This document shows positions 35,438-46,897 of a DNA stretch of 64,000 bases, piece by piece. This stretch comes from Saprolegnia diclina VS20. Its lineage: Eukaryota. Positions within the stretch are counted from its first letter, which is position 1. The number at the start of each line of letters is the position of its first letter. The notes under the pieces are model-generated. The model was not told where the DNA came from. It saw only the letters and a program-made list of their open reading frames with translations, and did not search any database. The position numbers were made by a program, and so were the translations under genes. Location: positions 177,885-241,884 of the forward strand of contig NW_008246144.1 in NCBI RefSeq assembly GCF_000281045.1, in the 5' to 3' direction.

Positions 35438-36511
35438 TCAGAGCTGGTGGCGCTTCCCCAACCGCTCCTTGAGGAGGTTGGCGCAGATGCGGCAGCAGAC
35501 CACGTTCTTATTGCGGTAATCGCCGCTCTCGTTGTCGTCGTGGCGGGCGAACGATGCCGGGAGGGCGTCACGGACGGGCGCTGGGCCCGTGCACTTGGAG
35601 CAAAAGAGCCAGCCACAGTGGTAGCAGTTTTGGGCTTCGTTCTTGAAGAGGAAGCGGAGCCAGCGCCAGCACTTGGCTCGCTGCGTGAGGTGGCGGCCGC
35701 AGTCCATGCACTGGTGCTGGCGCTGGATGGGCACGTACGGCTGGGCGTGCGTGAGGTGCGCGAGAATGCTCGTGAGCGCGCTGCTGGACGCGACTTTGGA
35801 CAGCGGAAGCCCGACGTTGTTGGTGGTGTTGATGTTGGCGCCGTACGCGACGAGGACGCTTGCGACCGTCGGCATCTGCTGCGCCACGGCCACGTGCAAG
35901 AGGGACTCGCCTTCGATCTCCGACTCGACGTCGGCGCCTTCGTGCAAAAGCATCTTGAGGATCGTCGGGTCGTCCTTCCGGAGCGTCATGAGATGCACGA
36001 CGATCGGCGTGAAGCCCTTGTTGTTGCGCGCGTGGACATTGGCGCCGGCGGCCACGAGGAGCGAGACCATGTGGTAGGCGACCGACGACGAGATGCGCCG
36101 AGAGGTCCCGACCGCAAAGTGCAGCGGCGTGTTGCCATGGTCGTCTTCGAGCTCGAGCGTCTCGTCCGAGCGCACGAGCGCCTCGAGCACTCGGATGTCG
36201 CCGCGGCGGATCGCAATGTGGATCGGCGCCTGGCCGTGCACGGGCTCGCGGAAGCTCAGCACCGAGTTGGAGTTGGAGCTCCACGACGCGGTCGAGCCAA
36301 AGCTGTTGTTGTTGGTCTCGCCCGTCGCCGGCGAGTACATATTGGTGCGTGGCGACGCCTGGATGTTGTAGCCGCGCTTGTTGAAGAGGCCGAGGAGGCT
36401 CTTCTGCACGGCCGGCGAGTCCATCGACATGTACGAGTGGCGGTCCGTCTCGAAGGCGTCGTCGTCCTGGAGCGACGGGCGGGACACGGTGCAGTCCACA
36501 ACAGCGGGCAT
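35438..36511 (-). CDS. ankyrin-repeat + FYVE-like zinc finger protein
   Basis: GQAPIHIAIRRG, GNTPLHFAV, GESLLHVAV; C-terminal CMDC..CYHC..FCSKC..CRIC; intronless. Confidence 0.85.
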   Translation of the reverse strand: MPAVVDCTVSRPSLQDDDAFETDRHSYMSMDSPAVQKSLLGLFNKRGYNIQASPRTNMYSPATGETNNNSFGSTASWSSNSNSVLSFREPVHGQAPIHIAIRRGDIRVLEALVRSDETLELEDDHGNTPLHFAVGTSRRISSSVAYHMVSLLVAAGANVHARNNKGFTPIVVHLMTLRKDDPTILKMLLHEGADVESEIEGESLLHVAVAQQMPTVASVLVAYGANINTTNNVGLPLSKVASSSALTSILAHLTHAQPYVPIQRQHQCMDCGRHLTQRAKCWRWLRFLFKNEAQNCYHCGWLFCSKCTGPAPVRDALPASFARHDDNESGDYRNKNVVCCRICANLLKERLGKRHQL

Positions 36512-38145
36512 GGTAGCAAATTGCACTCTGGCTACTGCGCGGAAATTGCTGCCTTTTTTGTCGAATTTTAGAGCACTTGAAGTTTGTATGCGCGCGTTGG
36601 ATGGGCCCACGTGGTTTCAGCGCAAAAGTGAAATCAACCAATGAAAACGCCAGGATTTTCGACCGACCAATCAACGCGCGCACACTCGGTGAGGCGACCT
36701 GGCGCGCGTCTCGCCGGGAGAGCCGTCGAAATTTGGTCCATGGGCGGCGCCACCGAGCTAACGAGCTGCCGGAAGCGCAGGGCGTACGATCGACGATGGC
36801 GCACACACTTCAGCTATCACCACGGCGAGGTGATGCGCACCCGTGTACCCGTGTACGGTATCGTTTGGTATTGCTGAAGTAAATTCTCATTAGTTGCTCA
36901 AACAGGCGTGTAGCTCCGAATCTGTCTGCGCCTGTCCAAACACACGCGTTCTGGGCGCCGTTGCAGTCCACCGCGATTCGTATTGCAAGGATGTGCGGCC
37001 GAAATGAACGAAACTAGAGTGGTCTCTGTTAGACGGCCGGCCTCTCCGAGCTGTAGTGGGTTCTGGATGGCCATCAATATATATTTGCGGTCCGGACGCG
37101 TGTCTCGTGGAGCCACGTGCTTGAAGTGCCAGGCGCACACAAGACATACGTCCCAGCTCAAGTCGACGGGCGTTTGAGGCTATACACTCAACCCAGATCC
37201 GGGCATTCGTCCGAGTGATGCCCAGAGATCGCTGCTATACAGTGCTTGACCAACGCAACATAACGTTTCCCCAGCCACAAGGACCAGTGGGACAGAACAG
37301 GGAAGTCGACAGCGTGGGAAAGACCGGCGCTGGATCCTTGTGACGAGGACCGTGCCTTGGGTTCGAATCCTCCGCGTCGAAAGCTGCGTCTTCCACGTTG
37401 CAGCAATGCTGAGTTCGCGTCAGCAATGCAACTTCTCGAGTGCCCTTGAAGCTTCGCGAGGCGAAGCTGGTGCCCGACGTTGTCCCATCCGAAACCGACC
37501 AGAGAGTGCAGCAGTCCACTCTTGACGTCAACGAATGAAGCACGCTCAACGCGGCGTCTAAAAGATAAAGACCGTAGGTAGCGGGTGTTCCCAGCATACT
37601 GTCACCGCTGCCAGCAAACTTTCGACGCGATGCTGCTGCGACGACTGGCCCGTGCCGACCACCTTCGTATGCAACAGTGTCGGACGAGTTCGATGCCATG
37701 ACGCGCAGGCTTGGCTTCAAAGACGCCATGACGAGTAGCTTTGCGTGGGTAGCCGCGCACATGCGTGCCAAAGCTTCCACGAGGTTCGTCATCACATGTC
37801 AATGCGTATGATGGGAATCGAAGGGCAGAGAGGTGCCGGTCCCTGCATGAGCTGTACCTGCATGGCGCTCTCAGAGGATTTCTGCCGTAGGCTCACGGCC
37901 ACTGAGAACAAGGCAAGTCTCTTGCTCGAGTTGATCGCCAGCGATGATAGCAACCTATCAGTTGGATCCAAGCTACCAGTTGTAGTCGACTTGTCCACTC
38001 GAGCTTAGATACGAAACGCACCCGATAGATGATTGAGGTGCTCTTTTAAGCAAACGCACCTTTATTACACTATATAACGTTTTCACACCAAATCCTTGGT
38101 TTCTTTGTGGAAGGATTCCAGAACGCCAAGAAGATATCGGCGACG

Positions 38146-38954
38146 ATGGACGCGGTCCCAGAGCGCTTCGCCGGCCTCGAAGAGGACTACATCGACTGCA
38201 AGCGCACGATCAACAACTGCATACACGACCTCACCCAGACCGAGCGTACGTCAGAGGCCTCTTCGCTCCTAACGACCGCTGTGGCGAGGTAGAGAAGAAC
38301 GCGGCGCGGCAGTTGGCGCAGGCCACGATCGTCGAGGCGCAGCGCTGTCTCAAGCTCATGGCAGTCGAGGTCCGCGGCCGATCGCCCACTCTTCGCAAGG
38401 AGATGCAAGCCAAGATTAACGTCTACCGCGACGAAATCGCCGGCTTCCAGCGCGACCTGGAACGGGCCATGCTCCTGGCCAAGACGACGCCGCCGTCAGC
38501 CGCCGCCGCCTCCAGCGCCAACGACGCGGTAGATCTTGGGCTCTTCGATAAGGAATGCATTATGCGTATAGGCGCGCTACGACCGCATCGTGACCAACAC
38601 TAATCGGCTGCAGCGGTGGGCGGGTTGCAGCGTTTGTCAGAAACTGACAACTCGAATAGGTCGTCGGACCAGCTCGAGCAGTCAAAGCGCATCGTTGCTG
38701 AGACGGAGCAGATCGGAATCACGGTCATGGACACGCTCGCCCAGCAGCGCGAGACGCTCCTCTCGACCCACGACAAGGTGCGCGAGACGCGGGAGCTCAC
38801 GGGCGACGCCCGGCGCGTGCTCTTGCGCATGAGCCAGCGCGTGCTCACCAACAAGATCACTCTCTGGTTCGTCATCGTCGTGCTCGTCATTTCGATCTGC
38901 CTTGTGTTTTACCACGACTTTATCCACCCCATCTCGATGGCGCTGGGCGACTAA
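38146..38954 (+). CDS. Vti1-like Qb SNARE
   Basis: N-terminal helical domain (F..LEEDY, LKLMAVEVR), SNARE motif ETEQIG..LAQQRETL, C-terminal TM helix; three short introns. Confidence 0.85.
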
Positions 38955-39600
38955 TACACTGTGCTCTCTTTGGTTCATAACCGAGATCCAAGCCCAACCG
39001 CTGCTCCCGATCCATTGGGAGGTCCGTCCGACAAGTCAGCTTTTGGGGACGTGGTCTCGCGCGGTGGGTCTTGATTTTGGCGGCGTGTTGTCTGTCGTGA
39101 TAACGTTCCTGCTGCCCACGTGGCCTGCGACACGACGTCGATGGCTCTCTGGGGCTTGCATCGCATCCCACCTGCGCAGCCAGTTGTAGCTGCGAAATGC
39201 TGCAGGCGCATTCAGAATTGCAACCTTCAGCGCAGAACGAGCAATGGTATGAACGAACCAGCAGCCAGACTTGGCCACTGGCAGAGCTTGGAAGCGGGGA
39301 GACGTCTGGCTTTGGCCATCAAACGCCCACCTCGCAACAGACCTCGCAAAGTGCAATCTCGCAATAGGCAATCTCGCCAGGAACATCATCTTGAACCTGA
39401 TCTTGAACAGTAATGTCATTTCGGTCCCGCGTGTCGGACCAGAACAACTTGACGCGGAATTCGCCTAGCTAAGTACTCTTCGAACCACACGTGGCGTCAG
39501 CTATCATATGCCCATCTCCGGCCAGCCAATCAGGCGCCAATAAGTTCTTATCGCACCATGTCTCTTCATCGCGCATTCTCCGATTCAGCGACGAGAAGCC

Positions 39601-41344
39601 ATGGTCGGCAGCGCCCTCTCGCGCTACTGGACGATCAATGTGCCCGCCAAGACGATGGCCGAGGAGGTGGCCGAGGCCCACCTCTTCCTCTGGCCGCTGC
39701 GCAACGACACCTTCGCCGTCGCCTCGTGCCTCCGCTTCAGCCGCTGGCATCTCTTCCTCGCCGTGCTTCTGACGCAGTTCATCACAGGCTCCATCTACTC
39801 GCTCGTGAGCCTCTCGCAGCCCCTGGACGCATTCTTCCAGGGCAACTTGTACGCTGGCAAGTCGACAGCGCTGCTCATGACCGGGTCGGCGTCCATGGCG
39901 GTCGCGGCCGCGCTCTCTGGTCCAGCACTCGAGCGCCGCGGTCCGCGCTGGAGCATGACGATGGGCACGTGCATTCTCGCGCTCGGCTTGCTACTGGGTC
40001 AAGGCGCCACCATGACACGAACGTGGGCTCTCATGTTCCCAGCGTACGTCTCTGGATCGTGTACTCTACGTTCTTATTCGGCCATGTAGAGGCGTGTGCT
40101 ACGGCGTTGGCGTCGGCTACCTCCTCATCACGTCGTTTTCGACGCTGCAAAAGTGGTTTCCGGACCTGCGGGGCACCGTGAACGGCATCGTGCTCATGGC
40201 GTTTGGGTCGGGCGGCGGTGTCTGGAACCTCTTCTTCCGCGCGCTCGTCGGCCCAGGAGCGAGTCGCGCCGACAACATGCCGCACGTCTTTGCGTACCTT
40301 TTGCTGGTGTTTGTGCCGCCGCTCATGCTGTGTACGCTTCTAATGCGGACGCCACCCGCGAGCTTCCGCGTAAGTGGGCACGACATGCACGGGATTGCGA
40401 CCGAGAAGGCGCCGTCGGCCAGCTTTGTCCAGGACGAGTACCTCAAGGTCGGCATGACGCTCGTCAACTATGCGGCGCTGCAGCACCCACCTCAAAACGC
40501 TGCCGTCGAAGGCACGGAGCGCCACTACTACGAGCAAGTCAAGGCGCTGACGCTGCTCCAGTGCATTTTTTCCACCGACTTTCTCTGCCTCTTCCTCGCC
40601 GCCACCGCGCTCAACATGCCCGCGAGCGTCTACTTTGAGCTCGCAACCACGAACACGAACGGCGACTTCAAGTCCATGGCCTGGTTTGGTGTCGCAAAGC
40701 GGGACATTGATAATGTGATTTCGGTCGGCTTGCTCAGCAGCTCGGTCGGCCGCCTCGTCTGCCCCATGTTCTCGGACGTTTTGATCCGCGTCTTCTACGC
40801 CAACCCGGCCTTTGCGCGCAAGGTCGTGCTCCTGTTGCTCGTCCTTGTCGACGCGGTCGGGCTCGCGCTTCTCGTCCCTCGGTTAGAGGGGGACTACGAC
40901 ACGCTCGTTCAGGTGACGTATGTGCTCAAGTTTGTGAGCGGCGGCGGCGCGTCGATGACCGCCTGCCTCGTCACCGACATGTACGGCGTCTACAATGTGG
41001 GCACCATGTACGGCCTCGTCTCGCTCTCGTGGGCGGTCGGCATTGCGAGCGTCGGGCTAACGTTCTCTGGCTCGGGCGCGGCGTTCATGTCGCAGATGCA
41101 CTCGATGGTCGTCGTCTCATTCGTCGCCGTCGCGCTGACGTGCCTCGTGCGCACCAACTCGTTGGACCGGTTCTTCCACGGGTACCAGTTCACACTCTGC
41201 CGCAAGCCCATCGTGCAGATCCCGTTCGCTTCTCAAGGCCAAAAACACTATGCGATTGGTGGTGACACGGCGCCGCACGGGTCGACCTTCTTTCACTGGG
41301 ACTCGGACCACGACATTGACTTGGACCACGAGCCCGACGCATAG
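39601..41344 (+). CDS. MFS transporter, OFA-like; paralog 3
   Basis: Family motifs; 46-nt intron 40044-40089. Confidence 0.9.
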
Positions 41345-41638
41345 ACGACCATCGATTAACTTATATATCTATATACTCTAGCAGTCGGAGCACCTTATCT
41401 AGTCACTCGAGGCGGACGACCTAGGACGTTTGCGTCCCAAGCCCGCGATGGGCTCTGCTGTGACAATGCGATGGAGTGGCTAGCTCTCGAGAGATATCCT
41501 ATCAGTCCGTCGCTGTGGACGCGCAGTGCGGCCAGATTTGCGCTGGGCCAAGGGCTCGACAAAGTGAGGCTCTTGACTCGGGATCCTGAACATGGAGGTT
41601 GAAGTCGGTCATCCGGATACGAGGCCAGAATCCTGCGG

Positions 41639-44600
41639 ATGACGAGCTGCGTGTGCGGGACGGCGCTCACGGAGCGTGACGCGACCTTCGCTGTGAGCCA
41701 TGAGAACCGCGTGCGCGTCTACGCGTCCAGCGAGCTCTACCTTCTGCACGAGTTCTCGTCGATCCACGGGCGCATCCTCCGCCTCTTCCACACGACGTTC
41801 TGCGACGCGCTCGTGACGCTCGAGACAGACGCCGGCGACAGCAGCGACTGCTACCTCTGCGTCTACCACGACTGGCGCGCGCCGTCGCTTGATGCGCGCA
41901 AGCTCGTGCGCGCCTACACGCTGCCGCTCGCGATCGACGACCCACGCGCCGTGTGCCTAAGCGTCTGCGCCTTTACGGGCCGCGTCGCACTGGCGACGCC
42001 GTCGAGCCCGGGCCTCAACCTCTGGCAGACCAGCGACGGCTTCTTCGAGCACGTCATGGAGCTCAGCATCGACATGGCCATTGCGCATGTGGCCGTGCAC
42101 GGTGCATACGTGGCCGTCGCGTCATCGACCGAGGTCCGCGTCCTTGAAGTGCAAGTCGTCACAGACGCCTCGGCGTCGCCCGCCACGGCGCCGACGTCCA
42201 AGATGGTCTACCAGAAGAAGGAGCTCATCTACAACACGCTCGAGAAGGACCACCTGCCGACAATCCGCATCCCGAGCCTGAGCGGCCGGTCGCCAGCGCC
42301 ATTGCCGTCGCCGACGCCGCGCCACCGCGTCCGCGTCATGGCCAAAGACGACGCGACGCTCGAGGCGTACAACCTTGCGGGCCTCGTCCGCGACGAAGAC
42401 GTGCGCGTGAACGCCGCCATGGAGTACGACGTCTCTGCTAGAGAGAGCTAAGGACACGTCGTCTGTAGGTTCGTGCAGTGCCACGCCAAGGTGCTTTTGC
42501 AGCGGTTCGTGCCGCCCAACCACGCGATCGACGCGCTGCGCTTCTTGCCCGAGACGATCGCAAATGGCCGCCTCGCGCAGAGCCAGAGCTACGCGCGCCT
42601 CCTCGTGGGCACCTCGACCGAGGCCTTCCTCTACTACCTCCTCGCGGACCAGGTCGACACGACGCGGGATCAAATGTCCAGAAAGGTACTGGCTTTTGCG
42701 TTGGAGTTGCGTCTCAGCGCTGGCGCAGATCCTGCAGCGCGCCGAAGACCCGCTGCGGGGCATCGTTGAGCCGATCGCGATCACAGCCACTGGCCACTTG
42801 TCGTCGTTCACGTCCCGTCGGCGGCCCACCGAGTCCGGACGCGTCGTCATGTACTACCGCTTCACGGCGCCGGTAGCGTGCATCACCGCCAACAGCTCGT
42901 TCCTCTTTGCCGCGACGCTCGCCGGCCTCGAAGTGTGGTCGCTCTGGAGTCCGTGCCAGCACGTGGCAGCGACCAAGGCCCTCGAGAGCCTCTTCCTCCC
43001 GCAGCCGTCGTCGCCGCAGCTGCTCGGTGTCCGCCCGCTACCGTCGCCGGCGTACGCCATCGTGGCTCTGGACGCACACGTCGTCGTCCTCACATGCCCG
43101 CCAGGCGCTGTCCACACGCGGTACCTCTCGCATGCGTCGGCGGCACCGATGCACGCCATGCCGTTCGAGCTGCGGTCGCACACTGCTCGCCACGACGCCC
43201 TCGGCGACGGCCAAGTGTTTGTCTATCCCCAGAGTCCGCCCGCGACCATCTTTGCCTCGGCCAAGGTGCCTGTAGTGACAGCCTCGGGGATCTGATGTCT
43301 TCTAGGCGGCAACGCTCGGCGACGAGGTGTCGGCCGACCAAGTCGATCTGCTCCTGAGCCTCTTCTCGCTCTATCGGTTCCGCGCGGATGTCGGCCTCGG
43401 TGTGCTCACGGGCAGCACGACGTCGCTTCCGCCCAAAGAGGCGGCGGCCGTGCGCCTCGAAGCCAAGCTCTACGACGGTCTCGCGCGCGCCTGCGCGGCT
43501 CACATTGCGCATCTGTACACGACGCCGTTGCACCGCAATCTGACGCGGGCGGCGCTGCTCTACGTCGCCTCCAACGTCTCGTCCCGGGACGTGCTCCTGC
43601 GCTTCCGCAGCATCGACGACGCCGACGCGGACGTGATCGACGCGACGGCCTTGTACCTTGAGGCGTTCCTCTTCCCGAAGAAGGACCCGGCGCTGTACCT
43701 CGGGCTCACGGCCCCGGTGCTGCCGGACGCCGAGTCGGCCGACCCGACGTTCACGAGTGTTGTGTTGCGGCACTATGGCGACGGCGCGCCCGAGCAGCTC
43801 GCGCGCCTTCTCATCGACTCGTCGCTGGTGTGGAGCCTCATGGATCTTGACTTTGGCCTCAACGTGCTCCGGGGCGCGCGCCACAAGACCGTGCTCCTCC
43901 GCGTCGCCATGCTTGTGGCCATCGTGCGCGCGAACCGGGGCGCCCGAGAAGAAGTCGCCGCGTTCGTCGACGCCAAGGCCGCGTACCTCCCTGGCGCCAA
44001 CGCCTACAGCTACGAGACGCTCGCCGACCAAGTGAGCTGGCTCGCAGAGAACTACCCGGACCCACTCGTGCACCTCTGCGTGACGCACCCCGAGTTCCTC
44101 ATCCAGAAACACCCGACGTCGCTCGACGAAGCCGCGATCACACCGGGCTACTACCGGTCGTGGCTTGCCGACGCACTCGGGGCGCGCGCGCCGCTCAAGC
44201 TCCTCTCCGCGCTCGAGCTCATCGTGCACAGCGCACTGGGCCACGGGAATGTGTTTCCGACCGTCGTCGCCTTTGCGCTGGGGGTTCTCGGCGAACCTGG
44301 CGTGCGCGCGTCCCAACGCATCGTCCACGGACTCGCGACCGCGACCCATGACTTTGCACCGGGCGAAGAACTCGTGCTCGCGACGTTGCACTTCATGCTC
44401 GTGCACTTGCGCACGCACGATGTGCCGCTCGCTCCAGTGGCCAAGGAGCTTCTCGTGTGCATTGTGCGTCTGAGTGCGAGCGGCGAGGATGCGCAGGCCT
44501 CGGTCGCCAAGACCCTCTCGACCCGGGCGTCGCTGCTGCCCAAGAAGATCGTGCAGCCGCTACCGGCGTTCGTCGCGCCCTTCTTGGCGCTGACCACGTC

Positions 44601-45135
44601 GCCAAATGCGTCGCCTCATGTCCAGCAGACGCTGCAGACCCTCTACCTCCTCGCCTGCCACCTCGTGCACGACGCATGGATCGAGCCCGAGGACGTACTA
44701 TCCGATGTCGCGATAGTCCAGAGCCCGGTCGCAGTCTTGCTGCAGCTGCTTCTCTTCCCGCTTGTTGGCCGGTGCGTCTCCCTCGTCTGTCGATCGCTTA
44801 GTTCTGTGTAGGCTTGGTGACGGCCTCGCCCTACTGGCCGCGACCCATGCGTACCACAGCTTGCTCGTTCCGTACGCGGTTGTGTACTGCACTTCGCTCT
44901 CCGAGTGGGCGATGCTCCTCGACCTGCTCTTCCCGCCCGAGGTAGGCACCCTCGCCTGTCTCTTTGCTTGTAAAATCTGGAATAGATGGCGAGTGTGCTG
45001 GACGAAGCCTTGTTGCATCTGAGTGTGACGCTGTCGCCGGACGACCTCTTGATGCTGCTGCCCGACACCCTTCCCGCCGACGTTGTGCTGGCCGCCATCG
45101 AAACGAGCGTTCGCAGAGCTGCCCACGCCGCCTAA
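41639..45135 (+). CDS. HPS3: HPS3-like (BLOC-2 subunit) protein, multi-exon; 5' end uncertain
   Basis: N-terminal FSSIHGRILRLFHTTFCDALVTLE..YLCVYHDWR, CLSVCAFTG and GAYVAVASSTEVRVL match my recollection of the HPS3 N-terminal beta-propeller. The C-terminus LSPDDLLMLLPD resembles the HPS3 C-terminus. About five short introns. Confidence 0.7.
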
Positions 45136-45180
45136 GACGCACTGCAACATTCATTTCTTAGGATAACTCAACGCAGCTAC

Positions 45181-46897
45181 TCATGTGCTGTGGTCCGAGT
45201 CCCACATGAAGAAGGAGCTGCGACCGGGCGTCGAGACAAGGACGGCGTCGGTCGGCGCCGACGGGTGCGAGAACGGGATCTGCACGATGGGCTTGCGGCA
45301 GAGTGTGAACTGGTAGCCCTTGTAGAACCGGTCGGACGAGCTGGTGCGCACGAGGCAAACGAGCGCACACCCGACGCAGCACACAGCGACCATCGAGTGC
45401 ATTTGCGACAGAAACTGCGCCAACGACCCGGACAAAGTTAGCCCGACGCTGGCGAGACCGACGGCCCAGTAGAGGAGGAGGAGCCCGTACATGGTGCCCA
45501 CATTGTAGACACCGTAGAGGTCGGTGACGAGGCAGGCCGCCATCGACGCGCCGCCGCCGCTCACAAACTTGAGCACGTAGACCACCTGGACAAGGGTGTC
45601 GTAGTCCCCCTCTAGACGAGGAACGAGAAGACCGAGGCCGACCGCGTCGACGAGCAAGAGCAACACGAGCACCACCTTGCGCGCAAAGGCCGGGTTGGCG
45701 TAGAAGACGCGGATCAAAACGTCCGAGAACATGGGGCAGACGAGGCGGCCGACCGAGCTGCTGAGCAAGCCGACCGAAATCACATTATCAATGTCCCCCT
45801 TTGCGACACCAAACCACGCCATGGACTTGAAGTCGCCCGTCGTCGTCGTCGTCGCGAGCTCAAAGTAGACGCTCGCCGGCATGTTGAGCGCGGTGGCCGC
45901 GAGGAAGAGGCAGAGAAAGTCCGTGGAAAAAATGCACTGGAGCAGCGTCAGCGCCTTAACTTGCTCGTAGTAGTGGCGCTCCGTGCCTTCGACAGCAGCG
46001 TTTTGAGGTGGGTGCTGCAGCGCCGCATAGTTAACGAGCGTCATGCCGACCTTGAGGTACTCGTCCTGGACAAAGCTGGCCGACGGCGCCTTCTCGGTCG
46101 CAATCCCGTGCATGTCGTGCCCACTGACGCGGAAGCTCGCGGGCGGCGTCCGCATCAAAAGCGTACACAGCATGAGCGGCGGCACAAACACCAGCAAAAG
46201 GTACGCAAAGACGTGCGGCATGTTGTCGGCGCGACTCGCTCCTGGGCCGACGAGCGCGCGGAAGAAGAGGTTCCAGACACCGCCGCCCGACCCAAACGCC
46301 ATGAGCACGATGCCATTCACGGTGCCCCGCAGGTCCGGAAACCACTTTTGCAGCGTCGAAAACGACGTGATGAGGAGGTAGCCGACGCCAACGCCGTAGC
46401 ACACGCCTCTACATGGCCGAATAAGAAAATAGAGTACACGATCCAGAGACGTACGCTGGGAACATGAGAGCCCACGTTCGTGTCATGGTGGCGCCTTGAC
46501 CCAGTAGCAAGCCGAGCGCGAGAATGCACGTGCCCATCGTCATGCTCCAGCGCGGACCGCGGCGCTCGAGTGCTGGCCCAGAGAGCGCGGCCGCGACCGC
46601 CATGGACGCCGACCCGGTCATGAGCAGCGCTGTCGACTTGCCAGCGTACAAGTTGCCCTGGAAGAAAGCGTCCAGGGGCTGCGAGAGGCTCACGAGCGAG
46701 TAGATGGAGCCTGTGATGAACTGCGTCAGAAGCACGGCGAGGAAGAGATGCCAGCGGCTGAAGCGGAGGCACGAAGCGACGGCGAAGGTGTCGTTGCGCA
46801 GCGGCCAGAGGAAGAGGTGGGCCTCGGCCACCTCCTCGGCCATCGTCTTGGCGGGCACATTGATCGTCCAGTAGCGCGAGAGGGCGCTGCCGGCCAT
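45181..46897 (-). CDS. MFS transporter, OFA-like; paralog 4 (inverted near-copy of paralog 3)
   Basis: Nearly identical to 39601-41344 over its 5' part; intron 46454-46409. Confidence 0.9.

Noticed and set aside
37235..37795. 186-aa minus-strand ORF
   Set aside because: Lacks the codon bias of neighbouring genes and has no motifs.
40021..40100. Apparent frameshifts or pseudogenes in the MFS, AAAP and ankyrin genes
   Set aside because: Breaks checked are resolved by canonical 40-55 nt GT-AG introns that restore the frame.
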